Assembly (NCBI RefSeq): GCF_009914755.1 | Contig: NC_060930.1 | Length of the DNA: 64,000 bases | From: the human T2T-CHM13v2.0 reference genome, Homo sapiens | Reading direction: 5' to 3' (one strand) | Shown here: piece after piece, positions 18,663 through 34,153 of the stretch | Position numbering within the stretch: position 1 is the first letter of the stretch | Layout of the letters: each line of letters begins with the position of its first letter | Program-made: the position numbers and the translations under genes | Notes under the pieces: model-generated | The model's database searches: none | What the model saw: the letters and a program-made list of their open reading frames with translations, nothing else | What the model was told of the DNA's origin: nothing

Positions 18663-19892
18663 TGGGGCAGGTTCTTGCCAGTGAGAACCACATCTGTGCC
18701 AGGCTGGCCACATCTGTGCCACCAACGCATTTGTGGTGATCCCCTGGGCACCTGCTAATGTCTGTGAAGACGCTCGCTCTGACCTCTGTGGTTTCTATTT
18801 TCTTCTAAGGTTACAGAAAAGGTCAGTGCCAGTGCCTGGGCCAAGGCCACTGCTCAGGTAGCCTCCGAGTGACTAGACTTGAAGGCCACACAAGCTGCCC
18901 ACCTCTGTGAATAAGGAACCAACTCCAGGAGGAAAGTAGCTGGCCCGAGGCGGCAGAGTTAATACCAATGCCAACGGGGTCTGTTAATACACTGAGAAGC
19001 CATCTCCAGGGAGGCTGGACATGGACTTGGCAGAGGCCCCCAGCTGGAACCTGCTTTCCAGACCTCCCCTCTCCAGCTCCGCCCCAGGCAGCACCCTGGG
19101 CTCCTCCTGGGCATCCACCAGCACCAGTCCACGGTTCACCCAACGACCATCGTCAACAGAATGGGTCATGTGGCTCTGGCTTAGCTCTGAGGGCTCCCTC
19201 TGCTCGAGGTAAGCCAGGGAAGCCTCAAAGTGCCTCAGGTCCATGCACCCACCGGGAGCACCGTGTCCAGCCTCCATGCCCACCCTGCTTACTCTCTGTG
19301 GTTTGGACCAAGCAGGGAATATTCTGCTCCAGGGGCAGCTCTGCACAGAGACACAGACAAGCAACGGCCAAGGCCATTCAAAGCAAGGTTGCCCCCTAAT
19401 CTCAAGCATTTTGGGGAGGAGAAGTAAACATAATTGTAATATATTCTTGAATCACAGTTAAACAGTACTTCCTTATGTTGCCAAATATGTAATAATATTT
19501 CTACTGAGCACAGAAATAAATAAAATTAGTCTGGGGTTAACTTTAAATGTGTAATGTATAGCACAGCGGTAGATGGGAAAGTCTAGGCCATTCCAATCAC
19601 CATTTCCTCTTTCTAAAGAAAAAGTTGTATCACAGAGGCAAAGATCTGCCTAGACTTTGGTAATAAACTTAAAAATCATCCAATTCCTTTTATTAAAGAC
19701 ACTTACGTATCATTGCCCAAGTTTACCAACTTTAAGATTTAAAACATGCAATCCCAAGAATGAAGTTACTAATAATCAGAGACCAAAATAATTTGGTTTT
19801 ATCTCAGTCATTCTTAGAAAATGAACCTAATGTTCATCTAAGGAATTTAAGAGGTTTCCTTTATGTGGCATAGGCAAAGTTTTTGATACTTA

Positions 19893-20063
<171 letters not shown>

Positions 20064-20109
20064 TCAAGTTTAAAGGCTGAGGACTGCCACACAGAGATGC
20101 TGCAGTGAA

Positions 20110-20772
20110 TGTGCACCGTGGAGTCACTCGGATCACGCGTCGAGGAAAGCACTAAGGTAACACCCAGCATGACGCGTGTGCACCACGGAGTCACTCGGAT
20201 CACGCGTCGAGGAAAGCACTAAGGTAACACCCAGCATGACGCGCATGCACCGCGGAGCATTCGGATCACGTGTCGAGGAAAGCACTAGGGTAACACCCAG
20301 CATGACGCGTGTGCACCGCGGAGTACTCAGATTACGTGTCAAGGAAAGCACTAAGGTAACACCCAGCATGATGCGTGTGCACCGCGGAGCATTCAGATCA
20401 CGCGTCAAGGAAAGCACTAAGGTAACACCCAGCATGACGCGCATGCACCGCGGAGCATTCGGATCACGTGTCAAGGAAAGCACTAGGGTAACACCCAGCA
20501 TGACGCGTGTGCACCGCGGAGTACTCAGATCACGTGTCAAGGAAAGCACTAAGGTAACACCCAGCATGATGCGTGTGCACCGCAGAGCATTCAGATCACG
20601 CATCAAGGAAAGCACTAAGGTAACACCCAGCATGACGCGTGTGCACCACGGAGTCACTCGGATCACGCGTCGAGGAAAGCACAAAGGTAACACCCAGGAT
20701 GATGTGTATGCACCATGGAGTCATTCAGATCACGCATCGAGGAAAGCACTAAGGTAACACCCAGCATGATGC
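20110..20772. repeat. 66/67-bp CpG-rich VNTR, about 10 copies
   Basis: Unit cacccagcatgacgcgtgtgcaccgcggag...ggaaagcactaaggtaa starting at 20161, 20228, 20294, 20360 and so on. Confidence 0.96.
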
Positions 20773-20945
20773 TACCTGGGAGCAATGCAACTTCAAGTGC
20801 AGAACCAGAGCAAGGGAGTGGGAAAGAGGAGATAATCAATTGAAAGAACTTAACTTCATATTTCCTAAAACTAAGTTTAAGATTTCCTTCAGCAGTAGAT
20901 ATTATCAAATAAATAACAAAAACCAAGGTTTAAAACATCAGGAAA

Positions 20946-21288
<343 letters not shown>

Positions 21289-21577
21289 TCAGACCTAATA
21301 TGAAAAGAAATAGTTTAAAGTCACCTACAAAAAAACACAACCTAAAAGAAAGAATGAGTAACCAGAATGAGGAAGAGAGTGTAGGCTGTGAGCCCAGAGA
21401 TGATTTCTGTAATATGAAACGTCAGCTGCACACACCAATGAAAGAGGTGGCCCCTGGATTGAAAAGTAAAATCAACATTTTCTTCCAGGAGAGGGTCAGC
21501 TCCTTTGTGACAGTACAGGAGATAAAAAGCGCACCTGAGGAGAGCTGTCGTCAACAGGAAGCAACTCTGGACAGCCA

Positions 21578-21797
21578 GAGACCAGGTGAGGACAAGGTTG
21601 CTGGGTGGGTGCATGTGGCATCTGCAATGCGCAGGAGACCAGGTGAGTACGAGGGTGCTGGGCGGGTGCAGGTGGCATCTGTGATGCGCAGGAGACCAGG
21701 TGAGGATGTGAGGGTGCTGGGCAGGTGTAGGTGGCGTCTAAGATTCACAGGCCAGGTGGGGACGTGGAGGGTGCTGGGTAGGTGCAGGTGGCATCTG
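21578..21797. repeat. 57-bp degenerate tandem repeat, about 4 copies
   Basis: gagaccaggtgag...gggtgctggg...gcaggtggcatctg at 21578, 21635, 21692. Confidence 0.85.
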
Positions 21798-21823
21798 AGT
21801 CATGCAGTGTACCTTTCTGATCA

Positions 21824-22258
<435 letters not shown>

Positions 22259-22822
22259 CTACAAAAGCAAAGAAGATGCAGACATGGCGCTGCAGCAAGG
22301 GTCCTGACGCAGAAGCAGCAACACCAGAGGTGGAGCAGGGAGGGCAGACACGTCACAGGACGGGCCCTCCACGGCCTGCAGAGGCTCCCGGCACAGCTGT
22401 CTCCTGCCTTCAACATCCCCTCTGGAGGCCCTCCGTACGGCCCACGGTGTCAGAGCACTTTCACACGGCTGGCACATCAGCTCAGGGCACATGGGCAGGA
22501 TCCTACTGTGCAGGCCTCCCCAAGATGCTCCTCTGGGAACCCCAGGCCCCAGGCTCTCTGCACACACCCCACAGCTTCACAGCCAAGAGCACGTCCCACA
22601 TGCCCTGGGTGAGAAGACAAGGCAACAGCGGTCAACTTTGTCAAAAGGAAAGAAAAAATCTAAGTTTTCAAAATTATCTTTTTCAAATTATAAAAACAGC
22701 AACTTTATCCAGGCTTTGTGAAATGAACTTAAAATGCTCACCTAAAAAATGTTTTGAAAAAGGCCAACATCTTCAGGTTTTTCAACAGTGTGTAAAGATG
22801 ACAGGAAAGGGGAGCACAAGAA

Positions 22823-23064
22823 GCACGGGGGATGCCACACAGGAGCCGTCCAGGGCGCCTCTCCGGGGCGCGGGCAGCGTGCGGGCACGGGGGATGCCAC
22901 ACAGGAGCCGTCCAGGGCGCCTCTCCGGGGGGCGGGCAGCGTGCGGGCACAGGGGATGCCACACAGGAGCCGTCCAGGGCGCCTCTCCGGGGCGCGGGCA
23001 GCGTGCGGGCACGGGGGATGCCACACAGGAGCCGTCCAGGGCGCCTCTCTGGGGCGCGGGCAGC
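22823..23064. repeat. 62-bp GC/CpG-rich VNTR, 4 copies
   Basis: gcacgggggatgccacacaggagccgtccagggcgcctctccggggcgcgggcagcgtgcgg at 22823, 22885, 22947, 23009. Confidence 0.95.
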
Positions 23065-23377
23065 ACCCGTGGGAGCGGGGGACGTCTGCTCACAGCCCTC
23101 TTCTCAGCAGGTTTTCAGGGTCACGTGAGTGGCCCTCACTTTTGCTGCACTCCAGAACCACGCATGGAGCTCTGGGACATGCAGACCCAGCTCCTCCGCA
23201 GACCAGGGGGCCCAGGACCATATTGAACCCACAGTGACGCTGAGACCCACAGAAGGTCACGTTCTCAGCACTGAGGTGGACAGGTTTTTTCAAATCGCAG
23301 GAAAATACAAAGTAGCATGAAGACAAAGACCTTTGTGTACAAGCTCACGTTCAGGCATGTCTGGGAACTGGAACTTA

Positions 23378-23566
<189 letters not shown>

Positions 23567-25046
23567 TTACAGTAATTTCTGTTAGTCAAGTTTGAACTAT
23601 TCCAAAATAATTTCTTCACCAAAAAGTAAAACTTGCACATGAATACAAATGTTGAAAACCCCATAAACACAATGAAGGCTGGGGACATCACCCCAAAAGG
23701 CTGCCCGGCGAGTCCACCACAGATGGGTCCCGAGGAATCCCATCCCACCTCCCGACAGAAGGCCTGGTGGGCTTAAACCACAGCCCAGCTCCGGCTGCTT
23801 TATAGCCTAGAGGGAGGGCAGCACTGCCGTTTAATCGACGTTGCACTTGGAGCAGAAGGATTCCTGAGTCAGCCAGAAATAATAAAATTATGGACTTAGT
23901 GATGAAAACAGCAAGTAAATGGATGTCTTGTTTCCTTAAAAAAAAATTGTTGCCTAGGATGTCATTTCATTTAAAACTTACTCTAAACTGTCAGTAATTT
24001 AGGAGCATTAGATAAATGAATATTGAAAAATACTACATATCCTAATTAAACTATAAATGAAATCAAAGATCAAGTGTATCATTGTTCTTGGCAACCGAAC
24101 AGTAATTCCATATAATTAATTTCAGAAAAAAGATTCCAACGTACTTCCAAGAAATGTGCTTCACCCTGATAGAAAGCAATGTTTTTAAGTCATTACAGCA
24201 CCATAGTCCACACATGGATACATTAACCTCAGAAAGAATGTTAAATCTTTGAGAAGATATAACAATAACTCTACCAGGTCACCAAAGTATCTGTATATGC
24301 TTTAAGTGGCATTTTCATGTCACTTATCGCATGGAAGAACGCTCTCCTTTTAATTCCCTAACTCTCTTCTTCTGGGAAGACAGAACGTGCACAAGGGGAG
24401 CAAAGCGAATGCAGGAAACCAGTGCCCTAAGATGCCAGGAGGACAAGCACAGGGGCTGCACGGGAGAGGTGCTGGGGCGTCACAGACCGCTCCTTATGCC
24501 GTGCTCCGCGGACGGACGCCTGCACCATCAATGCTGTAGCTGTGTGGCCGTGTGCCAGCTTCATTTACCAACAGAAAGCCATCTGAGGGAAGAACGCAAG
24601 GACCCTGGCATTCACGAGCTGCACACGTGCTCAGGACCTGACCATGAGGCCAGGTGTGGCGCACGCCCAAGCTCACGCTGGATGGACAGGGCAGTCCTGG
24701 CCCTACCAACACCGCTGGTTCTGGGATGTGTTTCTACAGAGAGCAGAAGGCTCAACTTCCCTGGGTACTCAGGCATTTTATCTGACAGCAAACGTGCTTT
24801 ACTCCTCCAAAACAGAAAGGCCCAGACTCCAAGCATGCATTTAATTTTAAGTGAAAAACATCAAGGACATTCACTGTTAAGTGAATCCTCTCCCTGTGTG
24901 GACGGGAGTGAAGGGCTGTAAGTCTGAGATTGCCTCATTCAGATCCACTCGAATGTCCCAGCTCCATCTTATGCCCTGTAATATGCTCTAGAAAAAGTGG
25001 GTTACACACAACCTATTTACAGAAAACATGAAAGTTTTAAATTTAC

Positions 25047-25098
25047 CTGATAACACAGATGAACTGTATATTAATGATCCTGTACAATGGTCCCAGAC
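25047..25098 (-). CDS. WDR27: WDR27 coding exon 6 (VWDHCTGSLIYSSSVLS-A)
   Basis: ccaaag acceptor, G|gtaaat donor, 52 nt, phase 0-1; contains the WD dipeptide. Confidence 0.92.
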
Positions 25099-25790
25099 CT
25101 TTGGATAAACACAGGATTCTTTAGAAGAGGTAACAACGTTGCCATTATTGCAACAGGTGAAGCTAACAGTACTATTCACTATCAGATTAGTCAACACAAA
25201 TGGTTATCTAAAACAGAAAACAATAAAATGAGCACAAAAATAATAAAAATGTAGTAACACCATAAAATATGTCAGAATCAAAAAGAAAAAAATAACATCA
25301 CTTCCATAAATAAAACCCTGGTGGATTTGAAGAATTGGAAACAAAAATGAAACAAGGTGAAAAACAGTTCCCAGGCACTTGGTCAACGCTGCCAAGATAG
25401 AGGCACCAAGCGGAAACTGTAGCAGTCTACACCCTGTCAGGTCAGGTGCACACTCGCTGGTCAGGTCTACACTGTCAGGCGCACACTGATGTCAGCTGGA
25501 TAAAAACTGAATTCGCATTCCATTTTCTTCTAGAGCCTCATTTTGTGCCGACTGAACCCTCCACACCCTGGGACTGGCTCTTCTGCTCTGGGCCTGGGAA
25601 TGCCGTGGAGAAGAATTCGTGCCTGGGCGCTCCCAGGCCCTGAATGCAGTTGTGGGAAATCCGGGGCCGCAGAACCGTCCTGTCAGGAATCCAAGCCCAG
25701 CCAGCGGCCCCGGCAAAACATCCGGGCTTGGCGTTTCTGTGGAAATCAGGATAGCGGGCGCCTTGCAGAAGTGAGGTAGAAACAACATCA

Positions 25791-26096
<306 letters not shown>

Positions 26097-28338
26097 CTAT
26101 TAAAATAAAGCCCAAATTATTCCTCTGTTCAAGCTGGAATTCTCTGTATATAAACCAAGGGTGAAAAGTCAGGTGTCTGAGCTAAGAGGAAAGCTCAGGC
26201 GACAGGCACAGTCTCAGCAGTGTTAAAAGCCGACACTGACTGGAGCTAACCCTGAGCGAATTAGGAAGCTGGCGTCTCCTCAGGAATCCTGTCTCCCCAC
26301 CGGCTGCCCCATGCATCTGCCCTGAGGCTCCCCGCCTGTAACTCAGAATGTACTGCTCTGCCTTCCCAATCCCTCAGCATCTGTTCTCCACCTAGGGCTT
26401 CCTACAAGACAAGACGGTGCGGCAATAGGCGCTCATGAGTTACCCTTTCCTCCTCAAGTCCCTAAAACCTCCGACAGCCAAGACAGCACCCCAGAAGTCA
26501 GCGTCACAAGCTGGAGACACACAGGGCTTCCCGTTTATATGGAAATCAGGCTTGAACAGCATGACTGAGGAATGGAGTAGTGAGAGCATCGGGGGTTCCT
26601 AATGGTCAGTCATCGCCCTGAGAATATCCCCAGGGAACTCCAGGCACGAAGTGCTGGGCACTGTTCTTGAATTTTACAGCACTCCATCTAAATAAGACAA
26701 ATATCCCTTAATATACATGCAGAAAAAATAAACATGTATATATATGGTGACTTAACTTACAAACAGACATTTAACTCTGGAAGACTTTCTTTAGTAATAC
26801 GACATATCGCCATCAACAAATACAACTTAGAATACTGAGTACATTATGCCAGTTACCATCAGATTGTTAAAAATAAAAGGCAAGACTATAACCTGTGTAG
26901 GAATAGGGAGAGTTATGACACTGAGTGTTATGAAATATACATTTCCATTTTCTCCAGTTTCTATAAAATAAAGCTAGTCCATTGTCTATGATATGAATAA
27001 CATCATATCCTGAAAAATATTTAAGTTATTTCCTTTTGACATTTTATGTTGATTAAAAAGTGCCTTTTACCAGGAAATGCTCAGTATTCATTTGAAATCT
27101 TTAAAATCAAATGGTATAAACTGTTGACTTGTTGAGTATGCTGTTAAAAGAATGTGAGCACTTCACGGACTCACGTGACAACCATTCCTCATGTCTGAAA
27201 GTCATTCTCCCCGAGTGAAGTGTCTTTCAGTTGACACGCCTGCTGCTAAGGAAGCGTGGGGAGGATCTCACGGGCTGCACACACATCTGCAGCAGGCACC
27301 TGCTTACTCACCTGCTATGTGCCTGACTCAGGGGTGTGGCTCCAACCTGACCCCAGGCTGATGGTTCTCTCCATCTGGGACCCAGTATCTTCCTTCAAAC
27401 ACTAACAGTTTTCTGCTTCTTCCTAATTCACTTTGGTTTTCCTTTTCCTGACACAACAATGTTAATTCTTTGCACATTAATGGTAGTTTTGTTATAAATG
27501 GTGGGGTGGCCTAATGTTAATCTATCACAGGATGTTTACAACAAAACATGAAATACAGCTCAAACACCAACATATCCAGAAAGCTTTCACAGACAGACTA
27601 GAAATAGTGTGAAGCCCTTTACCTAACTCCTAGATACTTCCCATCATCTCTCTGTGGCTTAACTCATGATGTGAACTTTTTAAATTTATGAGCCTTAATT
27701 TCATAATTAGTCCAAAAATAGTCTGAAGACATAAATGTCTTCTCTCCCAAAACGCCTATTACACATGAGGCCCATGAGAACCAATTCACATTCCATGCCG
27801 AACATCCTTCCTCGCCTACGTTTATTAAGTGGCTATCAAAAGAAAAGCTATTCAGGCCAACAGCTTTGTGAGCCATGTTGACAAAACGACCCCAGGCCTG
27901 GGGTCACCTACAAAATCAGGCTTGGGCAGAGCAACAATTCAGAGGAAACTAAAGTCCTCCTTCGTGTTCCCTTAGATTCCCACTTCCTGATTTCTAACAC
28001 TGCTTTCTAACATTGCAATGGGGCAGCTGACTGTTCTAGTCACACACGAGGTCGAAATCACACAGGCAGGAAGAGGTGACACATTTCCTTTAACTAACCC
28101 TGGTGCGAAAAGTCTGATTCTTGATGAAAAGAACATTTTGATAAAAGATATAAACAAAAGCGCTATGCTAGGAAGGATGCCTACAATCAGGGAATATCTG
28201 AGAAATAATAGTTTTGCAGAACATGTTTCTCTAAAGTCATACCTGACACCCAGATTCCATAAAGAGTTTTAATATTTATATAAATATTGCTATCTGATAC
28301 CAGTGGTTTTCCAATTGCAAGATAAAGATATGATTTTA

Positions 28339-28695
<357 letters not shown>

Positions 28696-29214
28696 CTAAA
28701 ATTACTGAGAGAATGACAATGAGCTTTGATGTGATTTTGATTCTTTAAGAATATCAAAAATACTGGATATACAGAAGTCTTCTGAAAACCTGGGGAATGC
28801 AGCACTTCCCTGCAGAGACTCTCTCAGCATCGAAACACGAAGATGCCTTTCTCTGGAGGCTGCAGTACCTGTGCAGTGAGAATCATGCACATCAAACTGC
28901 ATGTTTCGATGCTTCTCACCCACATCCAACCCCATGTCCACCCTCATGTATAGGTTCAGCTAACATTGATTGGAAGGAAAGGAGTAGGAGCCTATCCAAC
29001 CCAGGCCTCCAGGGACTAAGCAATGACAGGACCCCCACAAGCAGCCAGGAGGTTCCCAAGACCCGGACATGTGCAGCAGCTGCAGCCTGATGCAGAGCCC
29101 GTCATGCAAATCCACACAGGTGAAAGAAAAAATGGCGGGCAAGGTCATCTGGTCCTAGTGTGTACCATGGACCTATCACCAGCAAAATGCAGATATACTC
29201 CACCCAGAGCCTGT

Positions 29215-29362
29215 GAGAGACACATGTGCTCATGTCCCACAGCCACCAAGTCTAGACAGAGACACGTGCTCATGTCCCACAGGCACCCGGAGCCTAGAGA
29301 GACACACATGTTCATGTCCCACAGCCACCCAGTCTAGAGAGGGACACGTACTCATGTCCCTA
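29215..29362. repeat. Degenerate tandem repeat, unit about 40 bp, about 4 copies
   Basis: gagacac...gtgctcatgtcccacag recurs four times with variation. Confidence 0.75.
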
Positions 29363-30160
29363 CATAGAATACATAGATTTATAGTCTCTTTGCATTTATG
29401 TTTTAATGTAATCCTCTAACTTCTCTATATAATTGCACAAAACTCAAATTCCTTAACGTGGTCCCCACCTAACTTTTCGACTTCCTCAGATGAGACTCTC
29501 CTAACATCAGCATGCTCCAAGCACACAGGCAGGTTCTCACTCTTCCCAGGGCCTTGGCACCTTCATCCCTTCTCACCCTCACCCTCAGCGCACATGCCCC
29601 TCCGAGATCCTGCTTCTCAAAGGCTCCCATGCATGTGCACGCTGCCCTGGCCTCATCTGCCTTCTCCTCTGCACACTCACAATTCACAGCCACTCAGTCG
29701 CTGGCTTACACAGTGTCTCTCTCAAACTCTGAGCTGTGACTTCCACAGGATTTGGGACCAAGCCCTTCCTATTCACCACTGTGTCTCCAGCCTGAAATAT
29801 TACAGGTGCTCAAGACCCCTTGCTGTGCAAGGAAAGAATATTTCAACTTTCCTACATGTTTTCAGGTTGATACAAAATGGACAGTTCTTAAAATAAAAAG
29901 GGACATAAGATCAAAACCAATGAGCCTATAAGATCAGCATAACAGACAGCAAAGGTCCGTAAGTCTGAATGGCCTGGGGCCCTTCCCATATAAAGCGCCT
30001 GCTTGCATGCCTGGGTTCAAGGTAAAGAGAGTACAAAATTATCCCAAACCCCCCGAGGGACTGCTGTTACCCAAGGGAAACACCCCTTGGGTGGTACCAA
30101 GTATACTGAAGGATGAGTTATTCCTTTTGCAGGTTTTTAAAAACATGTTTTAGATTTTCA

Positions 30161-30316
<156 letters not shown>

Positions 30317-32652
30317 TTAACAAAAATAAAACACAGATCACAGACATTTAAAAATAAGAGTATAACAACATAACTTCAAACCTAAGAAATTAAAAGATTG
30401 AGTTTTTCAAATACATTTATCTTACATATTCATTGTTAATTCATTTGTTAAAATCCCTGCTATGTACTACTAAATTATTCTCTCAAGTTAACCATTTCAC
30501 TGCTATTCACTGTCACACACACTAATAAAAAGATACAGGCTACCTCGTTCTTCCATTTCTTTATCACTTATTAGTTAATCAAATATAGAACATGTCTCCA
30601 CCACATGCCAGAAGAGGTAACAGCTGAGCTGAAAACTGAAGAATAAGGAGAGGAATGAGGGGAGCAATGAGGTCCCTGGGAAAACAAGGCATGGGTAAGA
30701 AACGGCTGGGACAAGCAAAGGAGTGAGAGGAGGCTGGAGAAAGGTGAGGCCCAGGTGTGGCGACCTTGGCAACTACACAAGGAATGTTGATAGCACTCTA
30801 GGAAATTAAAATCCAACAAAAAATGCACAGTCAGAATAATACAGTGACTAGATTTGTTTTCCAGGAACAAAACATTGCTACAAGTATGGAGCAGACGAGT
30901 GTTGCGGGTATACTGGGCTGGAGAGACAGAAGGGAATGCATGAAACACTCAAGGGAAATCCAATAAAGACCTGGACTAAGAAAGACAGTGATGATGGAGA
31001 TGGAGAGGAGATGGTGACTGAAGATTCCGTGACCAATGGATATGGAGGGATGGAGGGAAAAACAAAAGCAAAGGGATAGGGTTTGAGGTTAAAAACCTAG
31101 GCGAACAATGTCTCAAGAACAAAATACAGAGGGAAAATGGGATGGGACCGGGGGTCCATAGTAAGCTGAGATGCTTATAAGGCGATGTTAAATAGACAAC
31201 AGGCAGTTTAATATGAGAGATATCACTGGAGAATTCCACTTCTAGTAAAGGCAGGATACGTCACCTCATTAGTACCAATCCTACTGATGAGAATTACAAG
31301 AAAAACTGGACAAAATTAAATATATATATACACACACACACACTATATATATATACAAACATACACACATATACATATACACACAGAGAGACACACATTT
31401 TGAAGGCATCAGAAAGCAACCAGGTCGTTGAAGAATTATGGTAACAAGATTATATATAGGGCAGAAAAAAACTGAGGGAAGTGACCCCAGATGCTGGGGT
31501 CACTTGTCCCACAAAGATATCTACTATAAAGACAATTTTCTGACAATTCCACTAAAGGCAGCTGAGGAGCTGAGATTCAAGGGGCTACGGGCACAAAAAT
31601 GGTGTAATTAAATGAGTCATCCTCAGGGACACAAACAGAACTATCATATTGGGAGAAGGGAAAAGATTTCTGTCATATTACAAAGTAATTTTGTGATACA
31701 GCTGATTGCCTTAATGTTGATAACTCTACAATTTTTTTCCGTAAAGAAATATGAATGGATTTTAAGTAAATGTCTGCCTAGAATACAATCTACTAAGGTG
31801 AGAGGGATGAGCATGCTGCTAAACCCCCTAGGCTTAGAATGGGAACCCCAAAAAAGACAAAACCCAAGGAGTAAAGATGAACTGGAAATAAAACAACCCT
31901 CATAAGAACTGACACCCAGTTATGAATTGACTTAACACCTGACTGGCTTAGGGTAATCTAGGACTGCCAGTGCCCTGAGCATGACTGGCTACCAGAAGCT
32001 AACATAAATCTGATTTGGAAGAATGTAAGAATCCAGAGTATCAAATCAGCTATACTTTTTTTTCATATACAAAATCCAGCAATCTAAAAAACAACCAGGT
32101 ATTCAAGGAGACAAGACCATTTAGTCAAAAACAAAGAAAAATAAAGAATAGAGAAATGCGATGCCTACAAGTCATCCAGATAAGACTTGAAACCAAACTA
32201 AAACTGATCCAAATGTTAGAATTACTAGACAAGAACATTCAAACCATTATTAAAACATTTTCCATATGTTCAAAAGTTAAGTAGAGGCATAGAAGATATT
32301 TAAAAGTCCCAAACCTAACTTCTGGAGATGAAAACTAGAATAAGATAAAATTTTAAAAAACACTTAGTGGGATTAACTGCATATTAGATGTTGCTGAGGA
32401 AAAGATTGGTAAATTTAAAGACAAAGCAATAGAAGCTATATAAAAATGAAAGAGAGAAAAAATACATTCATAACCATGAAAGAGTATCAGTGAGCTGTGG
32501 GAAACTTCACGTGACCTGACATACATGTAAGCAGGGTCCACAACGTTTGGGAGGAGGGGAATATTTGAAGAAATAATGGCTGAAAATTTTCCAAATTTTG
32601 ATGAAAACCATAAACCCGTAGAACCCCAATGATAAAGTTTGGATGTCCCCTC

Positions 32653-33050
32653 TTTCATGCGCGTCCATGTGAAGAGACCACCAAACAGGCTTTGTGTGAG
32701 CAATAAAGCTTTTAATCACCTGGGTGCAGGCGGGCTGAGTCCGAAAAGAGAGTTAGCAAAGGGCAATGGGGTGGGGTTTTATAGGATTTGGGTAGGTAAA
32801 GGAAAAAGGGGAGTTGTTCTCTGGCGGGCAGGAGTAGGGGTCACAAAGTACTCAGTGGGGGAGCTTTTGAGCCAGGATGAGCCAGGAGAAGGAATTTCAC
32901 AAGACAATGTCATCAGTTAAGGCGGGAACAGGCCATTTTCACTTCTTTTGTGGTGGAATGTCATCAGTTAAGGCAGGAACCAGCCATCTGGATGTGTACA
33001 TGCAGGTCACAGGGGATATGATGGCCGAGCTTGGGCTCAGAGGCCTGACA
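32653..33050 (-). mobile_element. HERV-H solo LTR (LTR7, probably LTR7Y/B)
   Basis: Minus strand reads TGTCAGGCCTCTGAGCCCAAGC...GGACGCGCATGAAA; 5-bp TSD ccctc (32648-32652 / 33051-33055). Confidence 0.92.
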
Positions 33051-33328
33051 CCCTCCAAATCCCACGTTGAGATGTAATCCCCAGTGTTGGCGGTAGGGCC
33101 TGCTGGGAGGTGTATGGGTCATGGGGGCAGATCCCTCATGGCATGGTGCCATCCTCACCATGGTGAGTTCTCATGAGATCTGGTCATTTAAAAGTGTGTG
33201 GTACCTCCCCCCATGCCTTGCTCCTGTTTTTGCCATATGACATGCCTGTTTTCCCTTTGCCTTCCACCATGATTGTAAGGTTCCTGAGGCCCTCACCAGA
33301 AGCCAAGCATTTGTTGGTGCCATGCTTG

Positions 33329-34074
33329 TGTCGACAAAAGAGTCGAACTTTGTAAAATATTTTAAGAGATTTATTCTGAACCAAATATGAGTGACCATGG
33401 TCCATGACACAGCCCTCAGGAGGTCCTGAGAACATGTACCCAAGGTGGTTGGGGTACAGCTTGGTTTTATGTACTTTAGGGAGGCATGAGACATCAATCA
33501 AATACACTTAAGAAATACATTGGTTTCGTTCAGAAAGGCGGGACAACTCAAAGCAGGGGCTTCCAGGCTATAGGTAAATTTAAACATTTTCTGGTTGACA
33601 ATTGGTTGTTTATCTAAAGATCTGAGATCGATAGGAATATTCAGGTTAAGATAAAGGATTGTGGATACCATGTTTTATTGTGCAGAGGAAGCTCTCAGAT
33701 AGACTTCAGAGACTGCAGGCTGTAAAATTTTTCTTATCGGACTTAAAAGGGTACTTGGCTCTTACTCAATTATCTCCTGGATCTGGGAAGGAATGAAGGA
33801 AAACAAAGGGAAAAGGGGATTCTCTATAGAATATGGATTTTTCCACAAGAGACTTTGCAGGGCAATTTCAAGGTATGGCAAGGAAATATATTTTGGGGTT
33901 GAATATTTTTTCCTTATCTCATAATGTTATGCCAGAGTCAGACTGAAAAGTAAGTCATGATATACGGGGTCAAATAAAACCCATCTAATCAGAATTTATG
34001 GTTTGTAGGGCATGACTCCCTAGGCCCCTTAGGTAGGAATTTGGGCAAGATAAAAAATCAGAGTTTAGTCCTCA
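33329..34074 (-). mobile_element. MER4E-like solo LTR
   Basis: Minus strand reads TGAGGACTAAACTCTGATTTTTTATCTTGCCC...GTCGACA; 4-bp TSD cttg. Confidence 0.85.
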
Positions 34075-34153
34075 CTTGTGCAGCCTGCAGAACCATGAGC
34101 CAATTAAATCTCTTTTCTTTATAAATTACCCAGTCTCAGGTATTTTGTTATAC

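Noticed and set aside
20133-20757. 186-aa and 193-aa repeat ORFs on opposite strands
   Set aside because: Consequence of the 66-bp unit length; no promoter, splice or homology support.
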